Shown in pieces: positions 19,472 to 27,468 of a DNA stretch of 64,000 bases (within the stretch, counting starts at the first letter, position 1; each line of letters starts with the position of its first letter). The notes under the pieces are model-generated. The model was not told where the DNA came from, made no database searches, and saw nothing but the letters and a program-made list of their open reading frames with translations. The translations under genes and the position numbers were made by a program. This stretch comes from a virus: positions 135,476 to 199,475 of the IMG/VR virus record IMGVR_UViG_3300036985_002246. One strand, given 5' to 3'.

Positions 19472-19930
19472 ATGTCCGACCGAACACTTCGAGCCAAGCT
19501 GATCCGCCTCGCCCACGCCAACCCCGAGCTTCGCGCTCAGATCCTCCCGCTCCTCAAGGACGCGGGCTGCGAGAAGCTGCCTGAGGGCGGCATGAGGGAC
19601 AACTGCGAGGAGAAGGTCGAGGAGGGCAAGGAGTCTGCCTCCAAGAAGGCCGGTGGCAACGACGTGATCGAGTACGTCCTCCCCATGGACGACATGGCCA
19701 AGCTCTACCACACGCTGAAGAAGCAGGACGAGCAGTCAGCCAAGCTCCTCATGGAGGTCTACAACGTCCTGCGGGATAGGCTCAAGCTCTCCGACGGCGA
19801 GAACGAGGCCATGAGCCGGGTCCGTGGCATGGTCACTCGTGGGCAGAACTGGGACGCGGCCCTCCTCCGCAACAACGTCTTCAAGGCCGCCCACTCGCTC
19901 GGCATGAAGCTGCCGAGCTTCATGTTCTGA
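19472..19930 (+). CDS. Tag-bearing small protein (MSDRTLRAKLIRLAHANPELRAQILPLLK + helical domain)
   Basis: GGGAG SD; shared N-terminal peptide. Confidence 0.8.
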   Translation: MSDRTLRAKLIRLAHANPELRAQILPLLKDAGCEKLPEGGMRDNCEEKVEEGKESASKKAGGNDVIEYVLPMDDMAKLYHTLKKQDEQSAKLLMEVYNVLRDRLKLSDGENEAMSRVRGMVTRGQNWDAALLRNNVFKAAHSLGMKLPSFMF

Positions 19931-19943
19931 GCGGAGACACTCG

Positions 19944-20840
19944 GTGGCAGTCGCATTTCTACCAGGGACAGTGCTCGGGCAGGGAGATCTCGACATTTTC
20001 CTGACGAACTCGTCGTCGATTGCGACCAACGCCTTCGAGATCACCTACGCGATCTACTGGGTCAGCAACGTCTTCCCGTTCCCCGAGATCCTGATCGGGT
20101 CGCCGAACCGGATCCCGCTGAACCCGAACGTCGGCGAGTACTACGCCTCGCTCCAGGTGCCGACCAACGCGAGTATCGGCACCTACCACATTCGGTGGAA
20201 CTTCAAGCAGTTCGCCGGGAGCCCAGTCCAGCAGGTCGTGCAGGAGTGGGCCGTGGTCACGCCTGGGACGACAACCTCCCCGATCTACACCCAGTGCGTC
20301 ACGTCAATGATCGGGAAGCTGCGGCTCCTCCTCCGCGACCAGAACCCCGACAAGTTCTACCACTTCCGCCCACCGGAGGCGGAAGGCAACATTGGCGCGT
20401 ACAACCAGGTCTTCGGTCAGATCTGGGAGGACGCTGAGCTTCTGGAGTACCTGGAGCGCGGGCTCGACTGGTGGAATATGTTCCCACCGACGACGCCTGA
20501 CCTGGACACCCTCGACAAGCTCTGCGCCGAGAAGTCCGTGTGGCGGACAGCCGTTCTGTGGGAGGCGATTGCTCACGCCTGCTTCGCTGTGTCACTCAAC
20601 TGGGTGGCGGACGAGTTCGACTACTCAATCGGTGGTGTTTCCCTCTCGATCGAGAAGTCCTCGAAGTACGAGTCACTCAAGCAGAACGCCGAGTCTCAGT
20701 TCGACAAGGCCACCGAAGCCAAGGCTCGGACCGTGAAGTTCATTCGCGGCTTGCAGCAGCCCAAGTACGGGATCGGGATAAGGTCGGCCTTTGGACCACA
20801 GGTAGGTCGGGGTGTGCTCAGTCCGAGGAATTTCCTCTAA
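19944..20840 (+). CDS. Head-tail adaptor / neck protein (T4 gp13-like) with N-terminal Ig-like domain
   Basis: Helical domain WEDAELLEYLERGLDWWN and FDYSIGGVSLSI motif typical of adaptors; position ahead of the tail module. Confidence 0.6.
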   Translation: MAVAFLPGTVLGQGDLDIFLTNSSSIATNAFEITYAIYWVSNVFPFPEILIGSPNRIPLNPNVGEYYASLQVPTNASIGTYHIRWNFKQFAGSPVQQVVQEWAVVTPGTTTSPIYTQCVTSMIGKLRLLLRDQNPDKFYHFRPPEAEGNIGAYNQVFGQIWEDAELLEYLERGLDWWNMFPPTTPDLDTLDKLCAEKSVWRTAVLWEAIAHACFAVSLNWVADEFDYSIGGVSLSIEKSSKYESLKQNAESQFDKATEAKARTVKFIRGLQQPKYGIGIRSAFGPQVGRGVLSPRNFL

Positions 20841-20958
20841 AACCTGAATCATTCCGGGTACCATCACTCCGTCATCAAGTACCTGAAGCGGTAACAGACA
20901 GCAAGAAAAGTACGGGTTAGGGGTAGACGTTCGGTTCTGGGTCAAGTAGACTCCAGGC

Positions 20959-22029
20959 ATGAAGTCCACGGCGACCGTCGAATGCCCGGCCTGCAAGAAG
21001 CTCATTCCGACCAAGGCGATCCCCAAACACACTTCGGGGTGTCACAGTTGGTCTACGGTCGTTGGGGTTCCCCCGTCCAAGTTCAACTGGGACGCCCACT
21101 GCAAGCGCGGCCCATACGCAGACGGGCTCATGGAGGGCACCAACTACGTTCGGTGCTTGGAGTGTGCGAAGAAGGGCTGGGACGCTCGTTTCAAGCGCAT
21201 GATGGACCACCTCAAGAAGGTCCACGGCTATGACGAGGCGACGTACCTTGCGAAGTACTCCAACGCGGCGGTGAGGATCGCCTCTACGGCCCAGAAGCGT
21301 GAGGGGACAGTCCAGGCTCGTTACGGGGTCGAGAACGTCTTTCAGGCCGACTCTGTGAAGCAGCAGAGCCGCAAGACAATGAGACAGCGGTACGGGGCCA
21401 GTCACCCACTTCAGGCTCTGAAGCCTCGCCAGAAGATGCTTGCAACCAATCTCACTCGCTACGGGTCAGCCAATCCGTTCGGCTCTGCTAAGATCAAAGC
21501 GAGGCTGAAGGCCACCAACATTCTCCGCTACGGGACCGAGTTCCCCAATCAGAACCGGGGGGTTATCGCTCGTCGTGTTGGGACGAACATGATCCGGTAC
21601 GGATCTCCCGTGCCACAGGGGTTTGGTAGGTCGGGAAAGACCTCCCTTGAGGATTGGGTAGACAAGCTCGCCCTAGCAGGCGTCGTCTACACCGGGGACC
21701 GTTCGTACTGGGTCCGGTGTACCGGACAGGACGGTTTTCCGAAGAACCGCAATCCCGACTTCGTGGTCTACTCGCCTGAGAACCTCGCCAGGGTGCTGGA
21801 AGGGGCACCTACCAATGAGGTCCGCACGAACAAGGTGATCGAGGTGCTGGGGGATTGGTGGCACCGGGAGGAGATCGTGGGCCTCCCCCGAGACGCCTAC
21901 GTTGCTTCCCGCATCGCGGAGTACGCCTCCGCCCGGATCTCCTGCCTCATCCTCTGGGAGTCCGAGGTCAAGAAGCAACCTGAGCTAGTCCTGGAGCGCC
22001 TCGCTGGGTTCCTCTCAGTAGGTCCGTGA
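20959..22029 (+). CDS. Free-standing homing-type endonuclease (PD-(D/E)XK / Vsr-like C-terminus, T-x-x-x-RYG repeats)
   Basis: CxxC fingers, five ~23-aa RYG repeats, NPDFVV...IEVLGDWWH...LILWE; atypical codon usage. Confidence 0.75.
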   Translation: MKSTATVECPACKKLIPTKAIPKHTSGCHSWSTVVGVPPSKFNWDAHCKRGPYADGLMEGTNYVRCLECAKKGWDARFKRMMDHLKKVHGYDEATYLAKYSNAAVRIASTAQKREGTVQARYGVENVFQADSVKQQSRKTMRQRYGASHPLQALKPRQKMLATNLTRYGSANPFGSAKIKARLKATNILRYGTEFPNQNRGVIARRVGTNMIRYGSPVPQGFGRSGKTSLEDWVDKLALAGVVYTGDRSYWVRCTGQDGFPKNRNPDFVVYSPENLARVLEGAPTNEVRTNKVIEVLGDWWHREEIVGLPRDAYVASRIAEYASARISCLILWESEVKKQPELVLERLAGFLSVGP

Positions 22030-22052
22030 GTTCTCTATAGGCCGGGGGTGAC

Positions 22053-23045
22053 ATGACCAATCTGCTTCGTCTGGTCGCAGTGCTGGGAGTGTCCCTCCTG
22101 TTCTCGTGCGGGCCGTCACCGGCTCCTCTTGTGGACGCAGGGTTCGACGCCGGGACGACCGACGGTGGGGTTCCTCCGACACGGCTCCGGGTGATCAACG
22201 GCTCCACCGAGACGCTGTGGATCTTCTACCAGGTCGGCTCGGGCGGCGGGTCGATCCCCACGGCTCACCAGGTCCAGTTGGCGGCTGGCGAGCACCTCGA
22301 CTACCCGATCCCCGACGAGGGCCTCGCGGCCACTCGGTTCTGGCCAGGCTACGGCTGTGACGACACCGGGAACAACTGCCAGATCGGGCAGTCAGGCGGC
22401 CCCGCAGACCAGGGCTTCACCTGCCCAAGCTACGGCTGCGCCCCGCCGATCGACTCGAAGTTCGAGGGCACCTTCGGCTGCCTTCCAAGCGTGCCGGTCG
22501 GCGACTGCCTGATCAACCCGTCGAGCCCGACGCATGACCCGCTCCCTGCCACGGACGGCTGGGACACGAGCATGGTTGACGGCTTCACGCTGCCCTTCCG
22601 GGTCGAGGTGTTCGGGGACTGTCCCGGCGGTCCGATCGCCAACACGATCGACTGCTCGGCGCTCCCCCTGTCCATGTGCCCGACCACGGAGGACCTCTCC
22701 ACGGACGGGGCATTCCCGGCGCTCATGTCGGAGAGCATGATGCTCACGAACCCCTCAAGCTCGCTGCCGGGTGGCTGCTACGCGGACTGCTCGAAGCTCA
22801 CCATGTCCCAGTGGTCTGGGCTCTCCTACGACCCCGCTTCGGCTGAGGCGCAAATGTACTGCTGCCCGACGCCGCCGATTGAGCCCCCGGCCTGCCGAGT
22901 CGGCCCAGTCGCGAGCACAGCCTACACCGACCTGGTTCACCGGACCTGCCCGCAGGTCTACGCCTACTCCTACGACGACGGGAGCGGGCTGTTCTCGTGC
23001 CCGGCGGGCGTCCACTACGAAGTCACCTTCTACGGACTACAATGA
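22053..23045 (+). CDS. Thaumatin-family (PR-5-like) lipoprotein
   Basis: Lipobox LLFSC; RFWPGYGC, DTSMVDGFTLP, CPQVYAYSYDD, YEVTFY; 16 Cys counted in the mature domain. Confidence 0.88.
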   Translation: MTNLLRLVAVLGVSLLFSCGPSPAPLVDAGFDAGTTDGGVPPTRLRVINGSTETLWIFYQVGSGGGSIPTAHQVQLAAGEHLDYPIPDEGLAATRFWPGYGCDDTGNNCQIGQSGGPADQGFTCPSYGCAPPIDSKFEGTFGCLPSVPVGDCLINPSSPTHDPLPATDGWDTSMVDGFTLPFRVEVFGDCPGGPIANTIDCSALPLSMCPTTEDLSTDGAFPALMSESMMLTNPSSSLPGGCYADCSKLTMSQWSGLSYDPASAEAQMYCCPTPPIEPPACRVGPVASTAYTDLVHRTCPQVYAYSYDDGSGLFSCPAGVHYEVTFYGLQ

Positions 23046-23338
23046 CCAATCTCCGCAGCAAACTGATCCGTCTCGCCCACTCGAATCCCGAGCTTCGGGC
23101 TGACCTCCTGCCGCTGCTCAAGACGGCTACCCCGCAGGAGTCCACCCCTGAGCAGCAGGCGGCTTCAGCAGAGGCCAAGCGTCTCTCGGAGATCGCGAAC
23201 GAGAAGGGGACGCGCTCCGCCCACGCCAAGGCGGCCTCTGCCCACAGGGCAGCCGCCGACCTCTACCCTTGGGGGCACCTCATGAAGAGCACACACAAGG
23301 GAATGGCGCAAATGCACAAGCAGAAGGCCGGGCGGTGA
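23042..23338 (+). CDS. Tag-bearing His/Ala-rich helical protein (MTNLRSKLIRLAHSNPELRADLLPLLK...)
   Basis: ATG 23042 overlaps the thaumatin stop; shared peptide. Confidence 0.8.
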   Translation: MTNLRSKLIRLAHSNPELRADLLPLLKTATPQESTPEQQAASAEAKRLSEIANEKGTRSAHAKAASAHRAAADLYPWGHLMKSTHKGMAQMHKQKAGR

Positions 23339-24363
23339 GCAGCGCGTACTTCGTAGCGACCCGCTTCCTGACTGCGAAGGTCTGGGTCAACCCGGAGAAG
23401 CTCCTCTCGGCCTACCAGGGGGAGTTGGTTGCCCTCAAGCGGGGGTTCCAGATTGGGTGGAGCAATCAGGGGCTGCGGATCTCTCTGTCCCATGTGCTCA
23501 ACGCAGCCAGGCCACTGGCTGACTGGGTGATCCAGACCCGCTCAATCCCCGCTGGCAAGTCCAAGGCGGTGGAGTTGGCCGCTCGCCTCGTGACGAATAT
23601 CGCCCGTGTGCCGACCGACGCCGTCGCCTGGTACGGGAAGAACTCTGGGAAGCTGGACCTTCTCCTGGAGGCTGCACAGTGGGGCGAGCGGGCGTCAACG
23701 GAGTCCGACGACAACCTGGAGGTCGCCACGGTTGGGCCGTTCAAGGTCCACAACACGATCGGGGCGAACGCCAAGCAACTCGGTGAGATCAAGGGGATCG
23801 TCGAGAACGCAGTCAGGTCACTGGGCACCACCCTCGACTTCAGGAAGGTGCTCTACGGCGACGTGTTCATTGTCGGCCAACTCAAGCAGTCAACCACGCT
23901 CGCTTGGTACTCGGTCACGGAAGACGACGTGTACGTCCGGTCCCTCATGAAGAAGGGGATCGACAGCCTCAAGAGCCTGACCCACGAGCTAGGGCACCGC
24001 TACTGGTTCAAGTTCTTCCCCACCGACGCAAAGCAGAGGGTCCTCAAGCTCTACTACGACCTGGGGAGCCAGCGCCCGGAACTGCCTGACCTGAAGGTGG
24101 GTGACCTCCTCCCAGTGGAGGTCCGTGGGGCGAAGGGTCCGATCACGATCGTCAGCAGGACAGGGCTCACCCTCGGGCTCTCCACAGGTGGTGCCGTGAG
24201 CATGATGGACGTGCAGAAGTTCCTTCGCAACAAGGCGGTCTTCCCGACCGTCTACGCGGCGAAGAACGTCGAAGAGTTCTTCGCCGAGTGCTTCGCGTTC
24301 TACACAATGGGGACGCTCAAGCCTGACCTGGCCGCTCAGTTCGAGGCCGCGATCAAGGGCTGA
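23335..24363 (+). CDS. Zincin-like metallopeptidase (HExxH)
   Basis: LTHELGHRYW and downstream YAAKNVEEFFAECFAFY, as in lethal-factor-like/MPTase domains; GTGA overlap. Confidence 0.8.
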   Translation: MSSAYFVATRFLTAKVWVNPEKLLSAYQGELVALKRGFQIGWSNQGLRISLSHVLNAARPLADWVIQTRSIPAGKSKAVELAARLVTNIARVPTDAVAWYGKNSGKLDLLLEAAQWGERASTESDDNLEVATVGPFKVHNTIGANAKQLGEIKGIVENAVRSLGTTLDFRKVLYGDVFIVGQLKQSTTLAWYSVTEDDVYVRSLMKKGIDSLKSLTHELGHRYWFKFFPTDAKQRVLKLYYDLGSQRPELPDLKVGDLLPVEVRGAKGPITIVSRTGLTLGLSTGGAVSMMDVQKFLRNKAVFPTVYAAKNVEEFFAECFAFYTMGTLKPDLAAQFEAAIKG

Positions 24364-24568
24364 CCTCGACGCGGAGTTCGTCAATGAGGAACCAGCGGTC
24401 GAAACCCCGTGCCTCATTGACCACTCGGGCGTGAGTACCAGCCGCCACTGTGACGACACACCATAGACCAGTGGGTCGCCCCTCGTGAACGTAGGGGGCG
24501 ATCACCTTCTGGCCCACGTCCACATAGTCCAGGGACGTGTACTTGGCGTTCAGGACTAGGTCAGTCAT
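24353..24568 (-). CDS. Small SH3-like hypothetical protein
   Basis: 71 aa beta-rich; overlaps neighbours in an operon-like chain. Confidence 0.55.
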   Translation of the reverse strand: MTDLVLNAKYTSLDYVDVGQKVIAPYVHEGRPTGLWCVVTVAAGTHARVVNEARGFDRWFLIDELRVEVSP

Positions 24569-24753
24569 CGCGACCCCTTGTGGGCGAGGTCAAACGCCTC
24601 GTCTTCCAGCTTCGTGATTCGGGCTCGATTGACCTCGGCGCTGATACCCCCACCGTAGAAGGTCTTGAGCCAGGTGTGGAGGTACTGGTAGCCCCTGTCG
24701 GAGTTGTCTGCCGACGAGTACGGCACGAGCTTGTGCCTAGCAGGCGTGCTCAC
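24565..24753 (-). CDS. Small hypothetical protein (MSTPARHKLVPY...)
   Basis: GTG 24753 overlaps the end of the upstream gene; track start 24945 is likely too long. Confidence 0.5.
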   Translation of the reverse strand: MSTPARHKLVPYSSADNSDRGYQYLHTWLKTFYGGGISAEVNRARITKLEDEAFDLAHKGSR

Positions 24754-25255
24754 GCAGTAGCTCGTCGAGCTTTGCGATCCGCTGGTCGAGGGGGACCCTC
24801 TTGTCCTTGAGGAAGGCGACCACTCCAGCACGCTCGTCCCTGCGCTTCTGGACGCCCGCCTTGCGGTCAGCCTCAGCCTTCCGACTGGCCTCACGCTCCC
24901 GGTAGAAGTCCTCCATGACTTGGGTGTGGTCCACGCCTGCCGCACGGCAGACCTCGTGAATGAGCGCGTGGAAGGTGCGTGCCTCGTCCTTGCTTCCGAT
25001 CAGCAGGTAGCTCCACGCCTGGGAGCCGAAGATTGGGGCGTCGAACCGCTCCTTCAGTGGTGTCTTGTCGTCCTTCTCGACCCACTCGCACTCCCGACCG
25101 GCCTTCACGAGCGCCTTGGCCAGTCCTTCGGTTGCCGGGCCGTAGGAAGGCACCCAGGTCAGGAGGCTCACGATCGCCTTGCGGATACTGGAGTGGCAGT
25201 GGTGCTCGACCACGTCTCCGCAGTCAGGACAGATCACTCGGATTTCCTTGCTCAC
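24737..25255 (-). CDS. Hypothetical protein with CxxC...HxH N-terminus
   Basis: AGGAG SD; GTGA overlap with the upstream gene. Confidence 0.7.
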   Translation of the reverse strand: MSKEIRVICPDCGDVVEHHCHSSIRKAIVSLLTWVPSYGPATEGLAKALVKAGRECEWVEKDDKTPLKERFDAPIFGSQAWSYLLIGSKDEARTFHALIHEVCRAAGVDHTQVMEDFYREREASRKAEADRKAGVQKRRDERAGVVAFLKDKRVPLDQRIAKLDELLREHAC

Positions 25256-25872
25256 AGTGGCGGCTCCTCGTGCTTGTAGGGGGTCAGCTTGACCTTGTAG
25301 AGGCCGACTGAGCAGTCGGGTTCGTCCCAGAGCAGCTTCTCGTCGCCCTGTGGAATGCGAGGGTCGTGGCGATTGAAGTCCAGGGCGCTGGAGAAGCTCC
25401 GAGCGCCCTGGTGCCCGAAGTAGTTGACCTCGTCAACCTGGTGGAAGTCGTCCTCACCATGGGTCTTGATCCGCACCCAGATCGGAGCGTCTGTGGCAAG
25501 TCCCTCGAACTGTGCTGCCGTCAGCACACGTCCGCGTGAAGCCTGAAGCTCACCCTCGACTCGGTACTGGCGGTAGTGGGGGGCCGGGGCTCCCTTGTAG
25601 GTGCGGTCGAAGACCTTCCACTTCGCGAGCCATTCCTCGACCTCGCGTGCAGACCGGTAGGTCTGCGACGTGTCCACGTCGCAGACGAGCTTGCCGTTGC
25701 GGACGAGCCACACGAGGATCTGGAGGCCCTTGCGCCCCTTGCCGACGTTTCGCAGGCGGGTTCCGGGAATGGGTGAGTCCGTGCTCGACCGGCTCGACTG
25801 ACACTCAGCCCGGAGCCCAAGCGCCGGGGTCGCGTTGATCTCTGCTGCGATAGCCTTGAGGGTTCTCGGCAC
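25252..25872 (-). CDS. Two-domain hypothetical protein
   Basis: GGAG SD before GTG 25872. Confidence 0.65.
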   Translation of the reverse strand: MPRTLKAIAAEINATPALGLRAECQSSRSSTDSPIPGTRLRNVGKGRKGLQILVWLVRNGKLVCDVDTSQTYRSAREVEEWLAKWKVFDRTYKGAPAPHYRQYRVEGELQASRGRVLTAAQFEGLATDAPIWVRIKTHGEDDFHQVDEVNYFGHQGARSFSSALDFNRHDPRIPQGDEKLLWDEPDCSVGLYKVKLTPYKHEEPPL

Positions 25873-25873
25873 G

Positions 25874-26047
25874 TCAATCTCCAAGCAGGGTGACGAGGGC
25901 CTCACGGCACACACGCTGACCCGCCTGACGGGTCTTACGCTCAATCGCCCGGTCGTTGCGGCGACGGTTTTTCGCCTTGCTCACGAGCCCCCACGACTTG
26001 TAGGAGCCACCAGCGACACGTTCCTTGCGTCCGACGTTGGTTGCCAT
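25874..26047 (-). CDS. Small Arg/Lys-rich protein (57 aa)
   Basis: GAGGA SD, ATG 26047; first gene after the minus-strand promoter motif. Confidence 0.6.
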   Translation of the reverse strand: MATNVGRKERVAGGSYKSWGLVSKAKNRRRNDRAIERKTRQAGQRVCREALVTLLGD

Positions 26048-26059
26048 GTTCGTCTTCCT

Positions 26060-26098
26060 CACCTATGAAGCGATTGAGCGCCACCTCTTTTCACGTTT
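26060..26098 (-). promoter_or_regulatory. Bipartite promoter-like motif CGTG-N19-CGCTT-N4-GGTG, copy 1
   Basis: Reverse complement AAACGTGAAAAG...ATCGCTTCATAGGTG. Confidence 0.75.
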
Positions 26099-26116
26099 CG
26101 TGCGAAAGATTGAGTG

Positions 26117-26155
26117 GATCGTGTAAAAGGGACCTCCCCACCCGCTTCATGGGTG
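26117..26155 (+). promoter_or_regulatory. Bipartite promoter-like motif, copy 2
   Basis: GATCGTGTAAAAGG...CCCGCTTCATGGGTG. Confidence 0.75.
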
Positions 26156-26169
26156 TAAGGGAGACGAAC

Positions 26170-26385
26170 ATGACGACCTGCCACGAGATCCCCAAGGGCT
26201 GCGAAGAGTGCGACGGCGAGGGTTGCGACAAGTGCTGCGAGCGGGACGACCTGGAAAACTACGCGGACTCGGCTCTCGCGGACGCAGACGCAGACGACAT
26301 GGACGGGGACGCGGGTTCGGCGCTCGCGTCGGCTGGCTTCGGCACCGACGAGGACTACGGGGGCTTCAGTGACTTCGACGATTGA
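26170..26385 (+). CDS. Small Cys-rich, highly acidic protein
   Basis: GGGAG SD; CEEC/CDKC pairs then a D/E-rich tail DGDAGSALASAGFGTDEDYG. Confidence 0.75.
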   Translation: MTTCHEIPKGCEECDGEGCDKCCERDDLENYADSALADADADDMDGDAGSALASAGFGTDEDYGGFSDFDD

Positions 26386-26516
26386 ACGTCGAAGCCGTCG
26401 GCGCAGACCTGCACCACTCCCCACCAAGCGGACCGTGGGAGGGGACGTGCTCACCTCCCTTCTCATGTGGGCCGTCATTGCCCTCTGCTGGTTCTCAGTC
26501 CACTCCTGAGGTCGCC

Positions 26517-26843
26517 ATGAAGCTCACCGAGTACGTCGTCTTCGTGTCCTGGTTCGACGAGCTTGCTACGCTCGTCCTGGACGCCTCCTCACCTGAGGAG
26601 GCTGTTGCTATGGCGAAGGACGCCATGGAGAAGCGCGTCCGGGACAAGGGCACCGAGTGCAAGTGGTCCGAAGCAGACACTGAGGAGCGTGTCGCCCGGT
26701 ACAGGAACGGCTACGAGTACAGGGCGAGCACGACGGCGAAGATCCTCGCAAACAGCAGCAAGGCCCCCGTCGAACGGAAGCGCCTGCTGGAGACGCTCAA
26801 GTCCTGGCGCGAGCCACGGCTCCCCACGGGCTGCCCGTATTGA
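26517..26843 (+). CDS. Hypothetical protein
   Basis: GAGG SD before ATG 26517. Confidence 0.65.
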   Translation: MKLTEYVVFVSWFDELATLVLDASSPEEAVAMAKDAMEKRVRDKGTECKWSEADTEERVARYRNGYEYRASTTAKILANSSKAPVERKRLLETLKSWREPRLPTGCPY

Positions 26844-26852
26844 AGGAACCCC

Positions 26853-27116
26853 ATGGCCGACAAGAGAACAGTTCCGGCGTTCGCAGTCTTCCTCTCCGGC
26901 ATTTTCATGCACGGCAAGGAAGAGCCCAACTCCAACTTCGGGGCGCTCGGGCCGCTCGCGGTGTTCGCACGCGAGATCGACGCCAAAAACTACGTCAAGT
27001 GTGGCCGGAGGCAGGGGTTCCTTCCCCCAGGTAAGGGGAAGGGTCTCCCGAAGGTCACAATCGTTCAGGTCGAGATCGCAGTCCCGGAGGCAGCGTTCTC
27101 CCCTGAGTGGTTGTGA
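26853..27116 (+). CDS. Hypothetical protein
   Basis: AAGGA SD; 87 aa. Confidence 0.6.
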   Translation: MADKRTVPAFAVFLSGIFMHGKEEPNSNFGALGPLAVFAREIDAKNYVKCGRRQGFLPPGKGKGLPKVTIVQVEIAVPEAAFSPEWL

Positions 27117-27148
27117 CCTGCTTGATCCGCCTATCGGCCTGCTCCCGT

Positions 27149-27421
27149 ATGACTTCCCTCAAGCTCGCTCTCCTTCTCGCTCTCTCAATCACAGTTCTCG
27201 GCTGCGACTCCACGCCCGCCCCCACGCCCGTGGACGCAGCCGTGGTGGTGGACGCTGGCGACCTCTCCGACGCAGCCGACGTTGGTGTTGCTGACGACGC
27301 AGCGGCTGACGACTCTGGCACCGTCGAGGACGCAGGCACCGTCGAGGACGCTGCGGTCGCGGACGACGCAGGGTCAGTCGAGGACGCTGGCGAGATCGAC
27401 GCGGCGACCGACGCAGGTTGA
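27149..27421 (+). CDS. Small acidic lipoprotein with DAG repeats
   Basis: Signal peptide ending VLGC; repeated xxEDAG units. Confidence 0.75.
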   Translation: MTSLKLALLLALSITVLGCDSTPAPTPVDAAVVVDAGDLSDAADVGVADDAAADDSGTVEDAGTVEDAAVADDAGSVEDAGEIDAATDAG

Positions 27422-27429
27422 CCTGCTGG

Positions 27430-27468
27430 AATCGTGAAAAGGTCGTTCTCCCACCCGCTTCTAGGGTG
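27430..27468 (+). promoter_or_regulatory. Bipartite promoter-like motif, copy 3
   Basis: AATCGTGAAAAGG...CCCGCTTCTAGGGTG. Confidence 0.75.

Noticed and set aside
20841-22029. Group I intron or intein housing the endonucleases
   Set aside because: Upstream genes end in clean stops with plausible C-termini; no intein terminal motifs or intron core recognised by eye
25874-26047. Phage-encoded ribosomal protein
   Set aside because: Basic composition only; no recognisable bS21/bL signature
27240-27420. DNA tandem repeat (VNTR) in the DAG lipoprotein
   Set aside because: Repeats are degenerate at DNA level and explained by the protein linker
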